This document shows positions 13,045 through 26,627 of a stretch of 64,000 nucleotides of DNA, in pieces. Source of the DNA: Octopus vulgaris (taxonomy: Eukaryota); contig OX597815.1 in assembly GCA_951406725.2 (NCBI GenBank), positions 211,358,001 through 211,422,000 of the forward strand, read 5' to 3'. A program made the position numbers and the translations under genes. Each line of letters starts with the position of its first letter. Positions within the stretch are counted from its first letter, which is position 1. The notes below the pieces were generated by a model. It had not been told where the DNA came from and ran no database searches. It saw nothing but the letters and a program-made list of their open reading frames with translations.

Positions 13045-13442
13045 CTAGCAGTATCGCCCGGCGTTGCTCGGGTTTGTAAGGGAAATAACTATATAAGCAT
13101 TTTTAGAGATGTAAAGTATAATAGCCATCTCAATATGGCTAACCACAAAGGGGGGTGTTACTGTAGCTTTTTACGTTCTGAGGTTTAATAATAGATTTTT
13201 AGAGAGTTACTTCCCTTATATAATAGCAAAAAAATGCATTAAAAATGGGAAAAGTTGATGGTAATTTTTTTTTAAAATCGTAGTCTCATCGTAGACGCGC
13301 GTTAATACCCAGAAGGGCTCGATATGAATTACGTCTATAAGATACCCAGTTTTGGTTAAACTGCACCGCAAAATGTGGGAGTAGTTAGGAATCTAAATCG
13401 TAGGAGACAGACAGCACACAACCTTACTTTTATATATATAGA
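13045..13442 (-). mobile_element. Non-autonomous Helitron
   Basis: 5' TCTATATATATAAAA; 3' hairpin CCCGAGCAACGCCGGG then CTAG; inserted between A and T. Confidence 0.8.
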
Positions 13443-13856
13443 TTTCATGAATTGAATAACAGAGGACTCACCCAAACATCATATTTACCGACACAACAGC
13501 ATCGTCATGCGCTGGTCCAAAATGAAGAGCAAATCGTTTGCCGAGCACGTGTTTTAAGGAGGACAAACATAGAACATAGGAACACTACAATTTAATTAGT
13601 AAGTCTTATACTTATCAACACGTTTCTGGGATGGAGTGAAGAGTCTTCGTACAAAATAAAAGATCAGCGTGACACAAAATGTGACATGGTTGACCCCTTT
13701 GAAATACAGGTACAGCTACTCTCTGCCAGCTGAGTAGACTGGAGCGACGTGAAATAAAGTGTCTTGCTCAAGGACACAACACATAGCCAGGAATCGAACT
13801 CACGACCTTACAATCGTGAGCCGAATTCCCTAACTATTAGGTCACGTGCCTTCGTT

Positions 13857-13906
13857 ATATATACATATACATACATACATACATACACACACACTTATAT
13901 ATATAT

Positions 13907-13979
<73 letters not shown>

Positions 13980-14182
13980 CATACATACACACACACACAC
14001 ATATATATATACATACACACACACACACATATATATATATATACATACACACACACATATATATATATATACATACACACACACACATATATATATACAT
14101 ACATACATACATACACATATATATATACATATATACACACACACACACATATACATACATACACACACACATACACACACAC

Positions 14183-14223
<41 letters not shown>

Positions 14224-14356
14224 CATACATACATACATATATATACATACATACATACATATATATACATACATACATACATATATATACATACATACAT
14301 ACATATATATACATACATACATACATATATATACATACATACATACATATATATAC

Positions 14357-14403
<47 letters not shown>

Positions 14404-14470
14404 CAAACACACTCGTATACCTATATCATCCTTACATACTTAAGCACACACACGCACACACACACACACA
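13857..14470. repeat. Compound (TA)/(CA)/(TACA) microsatellite
   Basis: Seen directly in the sequence. Confidence 0.95.
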
Positions 14471-14641
14471 TGTGAGCGTAATTGTGCGTGTAACTGTGCA
14501 TGTCTTTCAACTTTACAGCACCCGTATTAATATTAGTACATGATCTAAGCAGCATAAATATTATCATCAAAAGATATTTTCTCATGTATCATAGCAAAGT
14601 AGATTACGACATCTTAAGAGTTGGAATATCGCAGAACTCAC

Positions 14642-14725
14642 CTGTTCATCTTCCAGTAACAACAGCCGAACCATCTTAATGTTGATCGCATTCCCTATAC
14701 TGGCGTCATGGAATAACGAGGATAC
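14642..14725 (-). CDS. ADAMTS7/12-like: ADAMTS exon C: VSSLFHDASIGNAINIKMVRLLLLEDEQ
   Basis: 84 nt, phase 0-0, ttccag acceptor, CAG|gtgagt donor. Matches the LFH.PSIGNAI.I.VVRLILLE motif. Confidence 0.95.
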
Positions 14726-15469
14726 CTGGAAATACACGTAAAAGATCTCATTAATTAAAGGGTCGTTCACGTTTCCATGGTGAATTATTCCAAAGAAATA
14801 TATAAAAACCCTCCCCGGAATAAATAGGTTTGTTGTTGTTGTTATTGATGATGATGCTTATGTTGTTCCCGTTGCGACTGTCCTTGCTTCGATTGTTCTA
14901 GTTTTCTTATAAACATAAAATTCAATGAAAAATTTACAATGAATCGGTTCCAAATATGACATCTACCTACGGCCAGTCAAGGAGCTCCATTTAAATTTTG
15001 GACTGCTTTCACTATCAAACACAAGTGCCCTCTCCCCCAACATTTCGCCCCCATGTCTAACAGGTGCTTATCTCTTCAAACAGCGGTGGTTGAATTTGTA
15101 GGGTTGCTTTCTGAGTTCCATATCCACCGAATTTGCATTTCATCTTTTCGTGATCGATAAAATATAGTATTAATTAAATTCTAATAATCTCCACTCAAAA
15201 TATGTGATCGTGTCGTGGTGATATAAAGCAATATTATCATTATAATTGTTGTTGCTGTTAAGCAACAAGACGAGTAAGAGTGATTAGGTGATGGTCTAGG
15301 GCTTAGGGGCGGGAGAAAAAAAAAACTTTGGTCGTCTTGTAGTCGAGGGCTCTTCGTTGATGCCCGACACCACTGGGAGGTGGCCCTCGAAGTCGCTGGA
15401 AATGGAGATCTCCAGGTCCAAATTCTTGAACGGCTGTTGTTGCTGTTTTGGCCACAGTGTTAACTTAGA

Positions 15470-15760
15470 AGTTGGCACTTGTCGTCAATATTCTGGTAAG
15501 TGATACACAAACCTGCACCATCCCAAATCGATCTTTCCAAAACAAACTCTGCCTCACACTATGTGGGATTTTAAGAACCTGACATAGATGGGGCCCTGAT
15601 TGATTTAGATCAATCAAAAGCTTTCGATAGGAATGACTATCGATACTTGGCAGCTGTCCTCACAACGGTTAGTTTTCAGTCACGTCTTCAGAGATTTAAT
15701 CGCTGCAATGCACAATAACATCTGATCGATGGCCAGAGTAAATGGTAGCGCTTGCTCTTA
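15470..15760 (+). mobile_element. Tx1/L1-like RT fragment
   Basis: GALIDLDQSKAFDRNDYRYLAAVL at about 15590-15662. Confidence 0.6.
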
Positions 15761-15895
15761 CACATTCTGTAGAGTGGACGGGTTCCGCAGGTTAAACGGC
15801 TCCGCTTGCTGTCAGCATCTGCTGCCTGCCATGACTAAGGATGTCTACACATGTGCTCAGGTTGCGACATCTCCAACAATTCTCTGATGATGAGC

Positions 15896-16066
15896 AGGCG
15901 CAAGAGTGGCTGTTTGGTAAGTAGCTTGCTTACCAACCACATGGTTCCGGGTTCAGTCACACTGCGTGGAACCTTGGCAAGTGTCTTCTGCTATAGCCTC
16001 GGGCCGACCAAAGCCTTGTGAGTGGATTTGGTAAACGTAAACTGAAAGAAGCCCGTCGTATATATG

Positions 16067-16106
<40 letters not shown>

Positions 16107-16312
16107 TATGTCTGTGTTTGTCCCCCCAACATCGCTTGTCAACCGATGCTGGTGTGTTTACGTCCCCGTAAATTAGCGGTTCGGCAAAAGAGACCGATAG
16201 AATAAGTACTAGGCTTACAAAGAATAAGTCCTGGGGTCGATTTACTCGACTAAAGGCGGTGCTCCAGCATGGCCGCAGTCAAATGACTGAAACAAGTAAA
16301 AGAATAAAAGAG
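15896..16312 (+). mobile_element. tRNA-derived SINE family A, representative copy. Others: about 12030-12421(-), 18795-19158(-), 19790-20140(-), 21702-22122(+), 22552-23282(-), 26372-26780(-), 29665-30060(-), 32923-33045(+), 34615-35060(+), 35520-36150(-), 38275-38645(-), 46712-47120(-), 49275-49610(+), 62010-62310(+)
   Basis: Pol III A box TGGCTGT(G/T)TGG and B box GGTTCAGTC; CORE-like CCTTGG(G)CAAGT; internal TA/TG microsatellite; LINE-like tail ending AGTAAAAGA. Confidence 0.88.
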
Positions 16313-17247
16313 GCGTAGTCATACGGAGATACCACTTTCAAAGGTTTCAGTCGATTCTATCACTCAGCAATATGTGTTTTATCGACCTCAAAAAGATGGA
16401 AAGAAAAAATGGAGTTAGGTGGAACTTGAACTCAACACGTAAAAAGGATGTAATCGAATTGCAGAAAGTATCTTGTTTGTCATTTTATTAATTCTTCCAT
16501 CCACCTGCCGTGCATGGTTAGTCATGATGCTAGAGGGGGATTTGTGGAAGTGATGTGGAATCCAGTCAAGAACTTCGCCCTTCGCATATTTGAATGATTT
16601 ATTTACTTTAAATATTTTAGTTTCGCAGTAAAAGTGATTCTTTTAGTAGATGTGGATGTGCAAAGAGATAGAGAGAGAGAGTTAGGGGAGAGAAGGAGAG
16701 AGAGAGAGAGTGAGGACATGTATGTACATATAACCTGTTGATGATAAGAAAAATGTTGATTTTAAGAGTTTGTGGTTTGTTGAAGTTTGAGACAGAGAGG
16801 TTAGGGCATAAATAAAACATACGTAATCTAGTCTACAGGCAAGTTTCACAAATAAGTTGTTTTCGACATAATGTTTATGTTGTATAAACAGTTCTTCAAA
16901 GTCATCAACAAAGAACACAGAAAGTTGGTTTGTCCTCTCGCTTAAAGTCATGTGCTGCAAATACTTTTAGAGCCGACTAAAATACTTGTCATTTTTATGA
17001 TTATCAGAACTATGAGAAAAATGTAAATAAATAAATAAAGTAAAATGAAATAAAATAAAAAAAAGATTCGTCAGGCATTTGTCTTGTAAGTGAACACAAC
17101 GAAGTCTTTCAAGATTGGAAATTTAACAAGATGTGTGTGTGTGTGTGCGTATGTATGAATGTATTTATGCGTACACGTGTGTGTGTGTGTGTCTATGTAT
17201 GCAGTTGAACCACATACACATATACATTCACCTGTATACATATATGT

Positions 17248-17485
17248 GGAGGCGCGTGGCTTAGTGGTTACGGTGTCAGCACCATGATCGTAAGATTGTG
17301 GTTTCGATTCCTGGACTGGGCGACGCGTTGTGTTCTTGAGCAAAACACTTCATTTCACGTTGCTCCAGTCCACTCAGCTGGCAAAAATGAGTAACGCTGC
17401 GATGGACTGGCGTCCCATCCAGCTGGGGGACACATACGCCATTGAAACCGGGCCCATGAGCTTGGCTAGGCTTTAAAAGGGCGCA
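17248..17485 (+). mobile_element. tRNA-derived SINE family C. Related copies at 20530-20830, 20948-21300, 22676-23008, 50068-50408, 57520-57763(-); partial copies at 13690-13848(-) and 32345-32465(-)
   Basis: A box TGGCTTAGTGG, B box GTTTCGATTCC, shared TTGAGCAAAACACTT motif. Confidence 0.85.
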
Positions 17486-17769
17486 GAAGACGTGTATATA
17501 TATATTTCTTCATTACCCACAAGGGGCTAAACATAGAGGGGACAAACAAGGACAGACAAAGGGATTAAATCGATTAAATCGACCCCAGTGCGTAACTGGT
17601 ACTTAGTTTATCGACCCCGAAAGGATGAAAGGCAAAGTCGACCTCGGCGGAATTTGAACTCAGAACGTAACGTCAGACGAAATACCGCTAAGCATTTCGC
17701 CCGACGTGCTAACGTTTCTGCCAGCTCACCACCTCGCAGAAGACGTGTGTGTGTGTGTATGTTTGTATG

Positions 17770-17814
<45 letters not shown>

Positions 17815-18077
17815 AGAAGTATGTGAGTATACGCAATTGTTGAAAACTTATAAGGTCGCAATCACAAATGATACTCTATAGTTTGAAATTTAATGTGCAG
17901 GAGCAGTTAAGGAGCTTCCACCTTCTTCCTTATTTATTTCAAAATATTGAGCGCCCTTAGAAGATGTTTGTCTTCTAATTGCAAGGGTCTGATCGAAGAT
18001 TTTCAGCTTTTTTAGGTGGGTGTCTATATGTGTGCATATGTGAACGTTTGTCTACGTCCGTATCTGTATATATCTAC

Positions 18078-18246
18078 ATGTATGTGTGTGTGTGTGTGTG
18101 CGTGTGTGTGTGTGTATGCGTGTGTGTGTGTATGCGTGTGTGTGTGTATGCGTGTGTGTGTGTGTATGTGTGTGTGTGTGTGTGTGTGTGTATGCGTGTT
18201 TGTGTATGTGTATGTGTATGTGTGTGTGTGCGTGTGTGTGTGTGTC
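18078..18246. repeat. (TG)-rich compound microsatellite
   Basis: Seen directly in the sequence. Confidence 0.95.
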
Positions 18247-18952
18247 ACATATGGAAGAAAACGTACAATTTTCCTTGGTATGTAGGTTCGTCTTCCCGTT
18301 TGTCTTTCATTGATGAATGTTCTGTTGACATTGCATTTGACTATTTGCGAGCGAAAATTGACAGCGGAAGACAAACAAGCGAACAGAAAGTTACATGGGA
18401 AAGAATTAGAAGTAATACTTTGAATAAACATTATCTTAATGATGCCGGAATAAGCAAGCAATGCAGCAAATAAAACGACGTTGCAAGGAGAGAGTGAGAG
18501 AAAAAAACACCACCGAAGAGAATATTAAAATAAAAGCTGTTAAATAATGGATGAGATTTGACGGAAAATCAGCTGACATATTTGCATGTTAACATGTAAT
18601 GTAGATATGATTTTGGACACTATTCAGCAAAGATCGTTTCTTGTGCGTATTGGATGTACGTCTTTTGACGTAGATATGAACATTGAGACGTTGTTCAGTG
18701 ATCTGGTATCTAAAACAGTTAGGAGTTAGTGCTGAGCAGATCACTGAGGTGATCTGCTCAAAATGACGTCATTGATATGGCTCAAATTATACATTTACTC
18801 TTTTACTTGTTTCAGTCATTTGACTGTGGCCGTGCTGGAGCACCGCCTTTATCGACCCCAGGGCTTATTCTTTATAAGCCCAGTACTTATTCTATCGGTC
18901 TCAGCATCGGTTGTCAAGCGATGTTGGGCGGGGGGGGGGGAGACAAACACAG

Positions 18953-18996
<44 letters not shown>

Positions 18997-19164
18997 GACG
19001 GGCTTCTTTCAGTTTCCGTCTACCAAATCCACTCACAAGGCTTTGGCCGGCCCGAGGCTATAGTAGAAGACACTTGCCCAAGGTGCCGTGCAGTGGGACT
19101 GAACCCAGAACCATGTGGTTGTTAAGCAAGCTACTTACCACACAGCCACTCCTACGCCTATATA

Positions 19165-19600
19165 ATAATAGTAATGAAATTGTTGTATACGGTGCTCAGG
19201 TGCACCACAACTTGTCAGAAAGTGTGTATAAAGCATATGCAGTAATGTACAAAAGTCTGGGAAGTGAACAGTGTATGAGTCAGATACATGCTTGTCTGTG
19301 TATGGAGGGGAGAAAATCAGGTGTAGTGTTGGCGAATCTCAGGAAGTATGGAAGTTTTGAAGGATGCAGTGCTCCGACAACTAACAACTGATGCCGGCAG
19401 TTTGTTCCATGCTTCAGCAACTCTTAGCGTGAAAAAATGTTTCCGAAAGTCATGGAAGCTGTGTGCTGTTTTCTGACTTTGTAAACATGTCCACGGGTGT
19501 TAGACAGGTGGAGTTTGAAAAGGTGCTCAGAGTTATTGTTAGTAAGGTGGTTAATAATTTTATGGGTGTCCGCCAAGTCATCTGCCAGACGTCGGAGTTT
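19165..19600 (-). mobile_element. CR1-like LINE 3' fragment
   Basis: The minus strand encodes TRGH and RKHFFTLRVAEAWNKLPASVV. Confidence 0.75.
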
Positions 19601-22600
19601 CAATGTACCAATGCCCAGGGAAGTAAGGCGTTCAGAATATATTTAGACATTTGTTATAATTTGATCTGTTTTTGAGTAGTTAACCATTCCATGTGGTGAT
19701 GTATACGTTGTAAGATATCCCACCATGACCGCTACTAATTAGCTAGAACCACGAGCAACACAGGTATATATTTCATCTCTTACCTTCTTGTTTATTTCAG
19801 TTATTGGACTGAAGCCATGCTGGGATGCCACCTTAAAGGGTTTAGTCGAGCAAATCGAGCCCAGCACTTATTTTAAAGTCTGATCCTTAATTTGTCAGTT
19901 TCTTTTGTCGGACCGTAAAGTTACAGTAACGCAAACAAATCGACGCCGGTTTTCAAGCGTTACGGGTAAATAAACACAAACAGGTAAACACTACTGAAGG
20001 GCTTCCATTCAATTTCCGTCTACCATATTCTTCTCAAGGCATTAGGCGGTTCAGCGCTTTAGTAAAAGATACTTGCCTAAGGTGTCGTTCAGAGGAACAG
20101 AACGTGAAACTACGTGGTTATAAAGCGAATTTCTTAACTATGTAGCATGTTGCATCTATATGCTTAAAATCAATCAATTTCTCCAATTATATTGGAGTGA
20201 GCCCCTTTATGGATCTAGTGTTCGATAACTGGTATAGTCATCTACTATAAACAGAAACCCGTTGAGTGTCACCTCAGGCTTCACTGCAGGATAACCTATC
20301 GTGTAGGTTGTAACCGTGGATTGCATCAACAGCAATTTACCCTTATCTCATAACTTGGTTTGTGCAGTGATGGTCAGTGTTAACAACGACAAAACAACAA
20401 TGAACCAACGAGGATGCTACAACGTTGTCGCTTAAACTGTTAGAAATAGCAACCTTATTGCATGCACCCTGCCATTTTGAAAGAGAAGAGGAACATTTCA
20501 GTTAATGCACTCCTATATATGCAATGTCGAAGCGCAATGGCCCAGTGACTAGGGCAGCGGATTCGCGGTCGGAGGATCACGGTTTCGATTCCCAAACCGG
20601 GCGTTGCGTGTGTTTATTGAGCGAAAACACCTAAAGCTCCACGAGGCTCCGGCAGGGGGTAGTGGCGACCCCTGTTGTACTCTTTCGCTCCAACTTTCTC
20701 TCACGCTTTCTCCCTGTTTCTTGGGTAACGCTGGAATGAACTGGTGTCCCATCCAGCTGGGAGAAATACATACACCACAGAAACCGGGAAACTGGGCCCA
20801 TGAGCCTGGCTAGGCTTGAAAAGGGCGCATAAATAAATAATATATGCAATACTCGAGTCAAGCTGACCGTAGCATGAGTGCCTTTGAACATAAGTCTGCT
20901 TACTTCGGGCTGACTTGAGGCTAAACAAGGAGAACAGCAACAACAGTGGAGGCGGAATGGCCCAGTGGTTAGGCTCAGAGGTTAGGTCGGAGGATCGCGG
21001 TTTCGATTCCCAGACCGGGCGTTGTGTGTGTTTATTGAGCGAAAACACCTAAAGCTCCACGAGGCTCCGGCAGGGGGTGGTGGCGACCCCTGTTGTACTC
21101 TTTCGCCCCATCTTTCTCTCACTCTTTCTTCCTGTTTCTTGTCCCCGACTTCCTGCGCAACCGCTGAGCCTGGATGTGCATTCATCCATCCGTCGATGCT
21201 CTCGGTGTCGGGGGTTGACCTGCTTTCTCTTCTGCGGGTCTTACGAATAGCAAAGGACCACGTTTTGGACTTCTCACACTGGGACGAAGACCGATTCGCT
21301 CAACAAGCAAACAAACAAACAGCAACAACAACAAACAACTAGTTAAACAAATGCTTGTTTTTCCGGCTTTACTGATTAAACTAAAACAGAGAGTATGCTA
21401 CATTCTCAAGAATTACTTGACACAAACTACTTACATAACATTAGATTAATTAATGCAGACGCTTAGTGACATCTGATATGTATCAATAAAAACATTAACG
21501 TCACGTCACAGGAATAAGCGTTTCTAAACGACTTCGAACAACCTAGTTGAGAGGAAGCATTCTGCTACGCGCTTGCTGTTAACTATTTACCGAGTTATTT
21601 CTGCAGCATACTATATTCCAGCAAGGTCAACAACATCGCTTCTACCATATACGTTTGTACTCATCATTACTCTCAAAATCATGTTAGAATAAACAATTAT
21701 AGGAGCAGGAGTGGCTGTGTGGTAAGTAGCTTGCTTACGAACCACATGGCTGCGGGTTCAGTCCCACTGCGTGGCACCTTGGGCAAGTGACTTCTACTAT
21801 AGCCTCGGGCCGACCAAAGCTTTGTGAGTGGATTTGGTAGACGGAAACTGAAAGAAGCCCGTCGTATATATATATGTATATATATATATATGTATGTATG
21901 TATGTGTATATGTTTGTGTGTCTGTGTTTGTCCCACCAACATCGCTTGACAACCGATGCTGGTATGTTTACGTCCCCGTAACTTAGCGGTTCGGCAAAAG
22001 AGTACGATAGAACAAGTACTAGGCTTACAAAGAATAAGTCCTGGGGTCGGTTTGCTCGACTAAAGGCGGTGCTCCAGCATGGCCACAGTCAAATGACTGA
22101 AACAAGTAAAAGAGTAAAAGAGAATGATTTACGCTTTTACGAAGTTTGCTTGAAATAGCAGCTAAATCATTCTCAAATCACACTTTACTGTCTTTGAGAA
22201 GAGAAGGTGTCATGCATTTTTGTTAATGGAAGCGTCAAAATGGCGGAGTTGTTTGCGCGCTGGATAAAATGCATTGTCGTATACGTTTCTACTTCCGGTC
22301 CCTTCATTTTGAACCCTGCCAATGTCAGTCTTATCTTTCATCTTTCAGGGTTTATAAATGAATTATCAATGCAAGGCAATGAATTGGTGGAATTCTTAGA
22401 GCCTTGCAGTAATATCGTTCCGTTTTTTGACTTCCGCTTAAGAAGTGAAACCCTACAGACAACATGACTAATTGCACAACCAAAGAACCGCAATTAATTA
22501 AGAAGCCCGTAATGGACGAGAGAAGCTTGAAGCCATTAGCTACATCTGTTATATTCTTTTACTTGTTTTTAGTCATTAGAGAGCTGTCATACTGGGGCAC

Positions 22601-24444
22601 CGCCTTGCAAAACTTTTTAGTCAAATGAATCGACTCCGGCATTTATTTTTTAAGCCTGGTACTTATTCTATAAGGCTCATGGCTCAGTGGTTAGAGCGTC
22701 GAGCTCAAAATTATGGGGTAGTGAATTCGATTCCCAGACTGGGCTGTGTGTTGTGTTCTTAAGCAAAACACTTTATTTCGTGTTGGTCCAGTTCACTCAG
22801 CTGTAGAAATGGGTTGCGACGTCACTGGTGTCAAGCTGCATCGGTCTTTCTCTTTCCTCTGGATAACATCAGTGCCACGGAGAGAGGAGGGTGGTATGCA
22901 TGGTGACTGCTGATCTGCCATAAACAACCTTGCTCGGTCTTGTGCCTCGGAGAACTTTCTAGGTGCAATCCCATGGTCATTTACGACCGAAGTGGGGGTC
23001 TTTACCCTTTTTACTTATTCTACCGGCCTCTTTTACCGAACCGCTAACTTACAGGCACGTAAACACACCAGCACCGGTTGTTGTCGAGCGGTGGTGGTAC
23101 ACACATACAGATATATATATATATATATGCCACAGGCTTCTGTCAGTATCCGTCTACCAAATCCACTCACAAGGCTTTGGTTGGCCTGAGAGCATAGTAG
23201 AAGACACTGTCCCAAAGTATCATGCAGTGGAACTGAACCCGGAACCATGTGGTTGAGCAGCAAGCTTCTTATCTCACAGCCATATTATTTTTCTTTGGAA
23301 GACTAGACAGTCACAGCGGGAATTCTTTTAATCGTAGAAATACTCAATCAGATATAAATAACATCAGCATACAATCAATGGAGAGACAAAAGAAACAGTA
23401 AGATGACACATGTTGATATATTAGGTATATCTGTTTATTTAGAAACCTACAATGGACAGGTTATGTGACAGACGCTAAACTATAAATTTTACAGGGTACA
23501 ACCTTAAAGTTGACACCGCTTCGCTAAACGCAGAAAATTTCTGTCTCGCTATTGGCTAAAAATAGATTTTTAAACCTCTGTAACTTTTTCCTCCAATTTT
23601 TTTCTCTGCATCATATCTATTTCTTTATTACCCACAAGGGGTTAAACATAGAGGGGACAAACAAGGACAGACATAGGTATTAAGTTCATTACATCGACCC
23701 CAGTGCGTAACTGGTACTTAATTTATCGACCCTGAAAGGATGAAAGGCAAAGTCGACCTCGGAGGAATTTGAACTCACAACGTAACGGCAGATGAAATAC
23801 CGCTAAGCATTTCGCCCGGCGTGCTTAACGTTTCTGCCAGCTCCTACATCATATCTTCATAGTAATGAGACTGGAAGACTACATTATTACAGCCGATTTC
23901 CAGATTTTTACTTCCTTTTAAAAATTGCATATTTTGCGAATGAAAACAATTATATCTTATTTGTTAATGCAATTTAGCCTCGCTCTCTCTCTCTCTCTCA
24001 TACACACACACAATTTGCTCCAGTCAATCTCTTGCTACTCTGGGCTTCACCTGTGGGTGTACAGGGTCTTGAGGCAAGCTACAACACTTGCCTGAACTGA
24101 ACTCCGGTATTGAGTAGTCTTTATTCCGACAGTCAACACTAAACGGTTTTATATGTATCTAAGTGTTTGTGTATTAAGGACTACATTGCCCAGTGCATCT
24201 TCGGTATCCTTCTTTTTTAAAGACACCAGGGTGCGGTATAAGGCAGATTTGGCTGTTATTTCTAGTACGTGGCTATGTAGCGGCTTCCTTCTTGGCTCGG
24301 TAACGATGGAGATTAAGGACGCAATTTCAATGATGATAATAACGATGGTGGTGGAGGGGGCAGCGACCTCGGTGGTGGCGGCCTCAACAGTGTGAGTTAG
24401 TGAGGGTGCTTGTGTATACATTATCCAGTCTATCCTTACTTTTT

Positions 24445-24660
24445 CGAGTTGGCAGAAACGTTAGCACGCCGGGCGAAATGATTAGCGGTATTTCGTCTGC
24501 CGTTACGTTGTGAGTTCACATTCCACCGAGGTTGACTTTGCCTTTCATCCTTTCGGGGTCGATAAATTAAGTACCAGTTACGCACTGGGGTCGATGTAAT
24601 CGACTTAATCCCTTTGTCTGTCCCCTCTATGGTTAGCCCCTTGTAGGCAATAAAGAAATA
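24445..24660 (+). mobile_element. SINE family B, representative copy with 14-bp TSD TATCCTTACTTTTT. Other copies at about 4390-4750, 6690-8150, 17500-17734, 23619-23843, 24880-25030, 41290-42085, 42978-43330, 53390-53620, 56148-56368, 63250-63640
   Basis: Conserved body GAGTTCA(A/C)ATTCC(G/A)CCGAGGT(C/T)GACTTTGCCTTTCATCCTTTCGGGGTCGATAAATTAAGTACCAG; tails end in AAAGAAATA or ...GTAGAAA(TAA)n. Confidence 0.85.
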
Positions 24661-25644
24661 TATCCTTACTTTTTTTCTTTAAGACAGCAGCTGTAAGGCA
24701 AATTTGGCTGCTATTTCTAGTATGTGAATATGTGGAAGCTTCCTTGTTGACTTGGTAACAACAGTGGGGGGGGGCGAGGACACGGTTCCAATGATGACGA
24801 CGGTGGTGGCGGTTTTGGCGGAGACTTTGGTGGCGGTGGTGATGACGATGTTTGAGATAATGGTGACGGTGATGGTGTAAATTCCGCCGAGGTCGACTTT
24901 GCCTTTCACCCTTTCGGGGTCGATAAATTAAGTACCAATTACGCACTGGGGTCGATGTAATCGACTTAATACCTATGTCTGTCCTTGTTTGTCCCCTCTG
25001 TGTTTAGCCCCTTGTGGGTAATAAAGAAATAGGTTGTGATGTATTGATAAACTTACAGATGTTGGTTGAAGCCGATAATGACAGAGTATCGTTCCAAACC
25101 ATCTGCTCCCTGGTATTGGACATATTCCAGTTCGAGGGAATGTCATTATATTATCTCTGTTGATGGTGAAGAATTCATAACAAACATCCTTGGCCTTAAT
25201 CCTGCCCACTTCTTTTCCAGCTCAGCCCCGACCCAGCACGACTCCCTTCTTCACAGACATTCACACACTACATCACCTATATCAGTTTACATCTATGACC
25301 TTGTACGTTATCCTGTCCTCTCCATTCAAACTCGCATCTATCTCATGGGAAAGAAAGAATGAAAGAAAAGAAAGAAAGAAAAGAACAGGAGTCATCGTCT
25401 GACTAAGTAGGGTCGGGTGTTGGCGATGGGGATGTGATAGTAATTAAAGAAAAAGTTGGACTAAAAATTTCTCATCTTTTGAATCTGTCTGTCCTTCCTC
25501 AGCATGAAACCTCTGTCAACACCTTCACTACCACCGCTGCCACTACCACAAATATTCAGCACCCACCACCACCACCACGACTCTGCCACTCCCCGAATCG
25601 CCTTCAGCTGTGCCTGTAAGTTTCTGATAATAACAAACTCTTGT

Positions 25645-25666
25645 ACGCATGTACACACGCGCGTGT

Positions 25667-25697
<31 letters not shown>

Positions 25698-25841
25698 TAC
25701 ATACATACACACACACATACATACACGCATACATACACGCATACATACATGCATACATACACGCATACATACACACATACATACATACACGCATACATAC
25801 ATACACGCATACATACACACACGCATACATACACACACACA

Positions 25842-25873
<32 letters not shown>

Positions 25874-26192
25874 CATACACACACACACACACACACACAT
25901 ACATACACACATACATACACACATACACACACACACACATACATACACACATACATACATACATACATACATACATACATGCATACATACATACATACAC
26001 ACATACACACACACACACATACATACACACATACATACATACATACGTACATACAATACATACATACATACATACATACATACATACATACATACACACA
26101 TACATACACGCATACATACACACATACATACATACATACATACATACATGCATACATGCATACACACACACACACATACATACATACATACA
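25645..26192. repeat. (CATA)/(CA) compound microsatellite
   Basis: Seen directly in the sequence. Confidence 0.95.
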
Positions 26193-26584
26193 CTCTTTCT
26201 CCACACACGTGTGTGTAAGTATATATGAACGCACACATGAGTGAGTGTACGTAGGGGAGGGATGGATGACAAAAGAGGGAGGAAACGCCAAAAAAAAAAA
26301 AAAGCGGTTTCCTATGCATAAAAACAGCGAAAAGAAGGATTCAATACATGTTTAGTGTCTGAAATCTATTTCACTCTTTTACTTGTTTCAGTCATTTCGA
26401 CTGTGGCCATGCTGGAGCACCGCCTTTAGTCGAGCAAATCGACCGCAGGATTTATTCTTTGTAAGCCTAGTACTTATTCTATCGGTCTCTTTTGCCGAAC
26501 CGCTAAGTTACGGGGACGTAAACACACCACCATCGGTTGTCAAGCAATGTTGGGGGACAAGCACAGACACACAAACATACATAC

Positions 26585-26627
<43 letters not shown>

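Noticed and set aside
13764-14543. Long H/T/Y/I- or C/V/M/Y-rich ORFs (also at 18.0, 25.5, 43.5, 44.5 and 59.7 kb)
   Set aside because: These are translations of stop-free microsatellites, open in several frames, and not genes.
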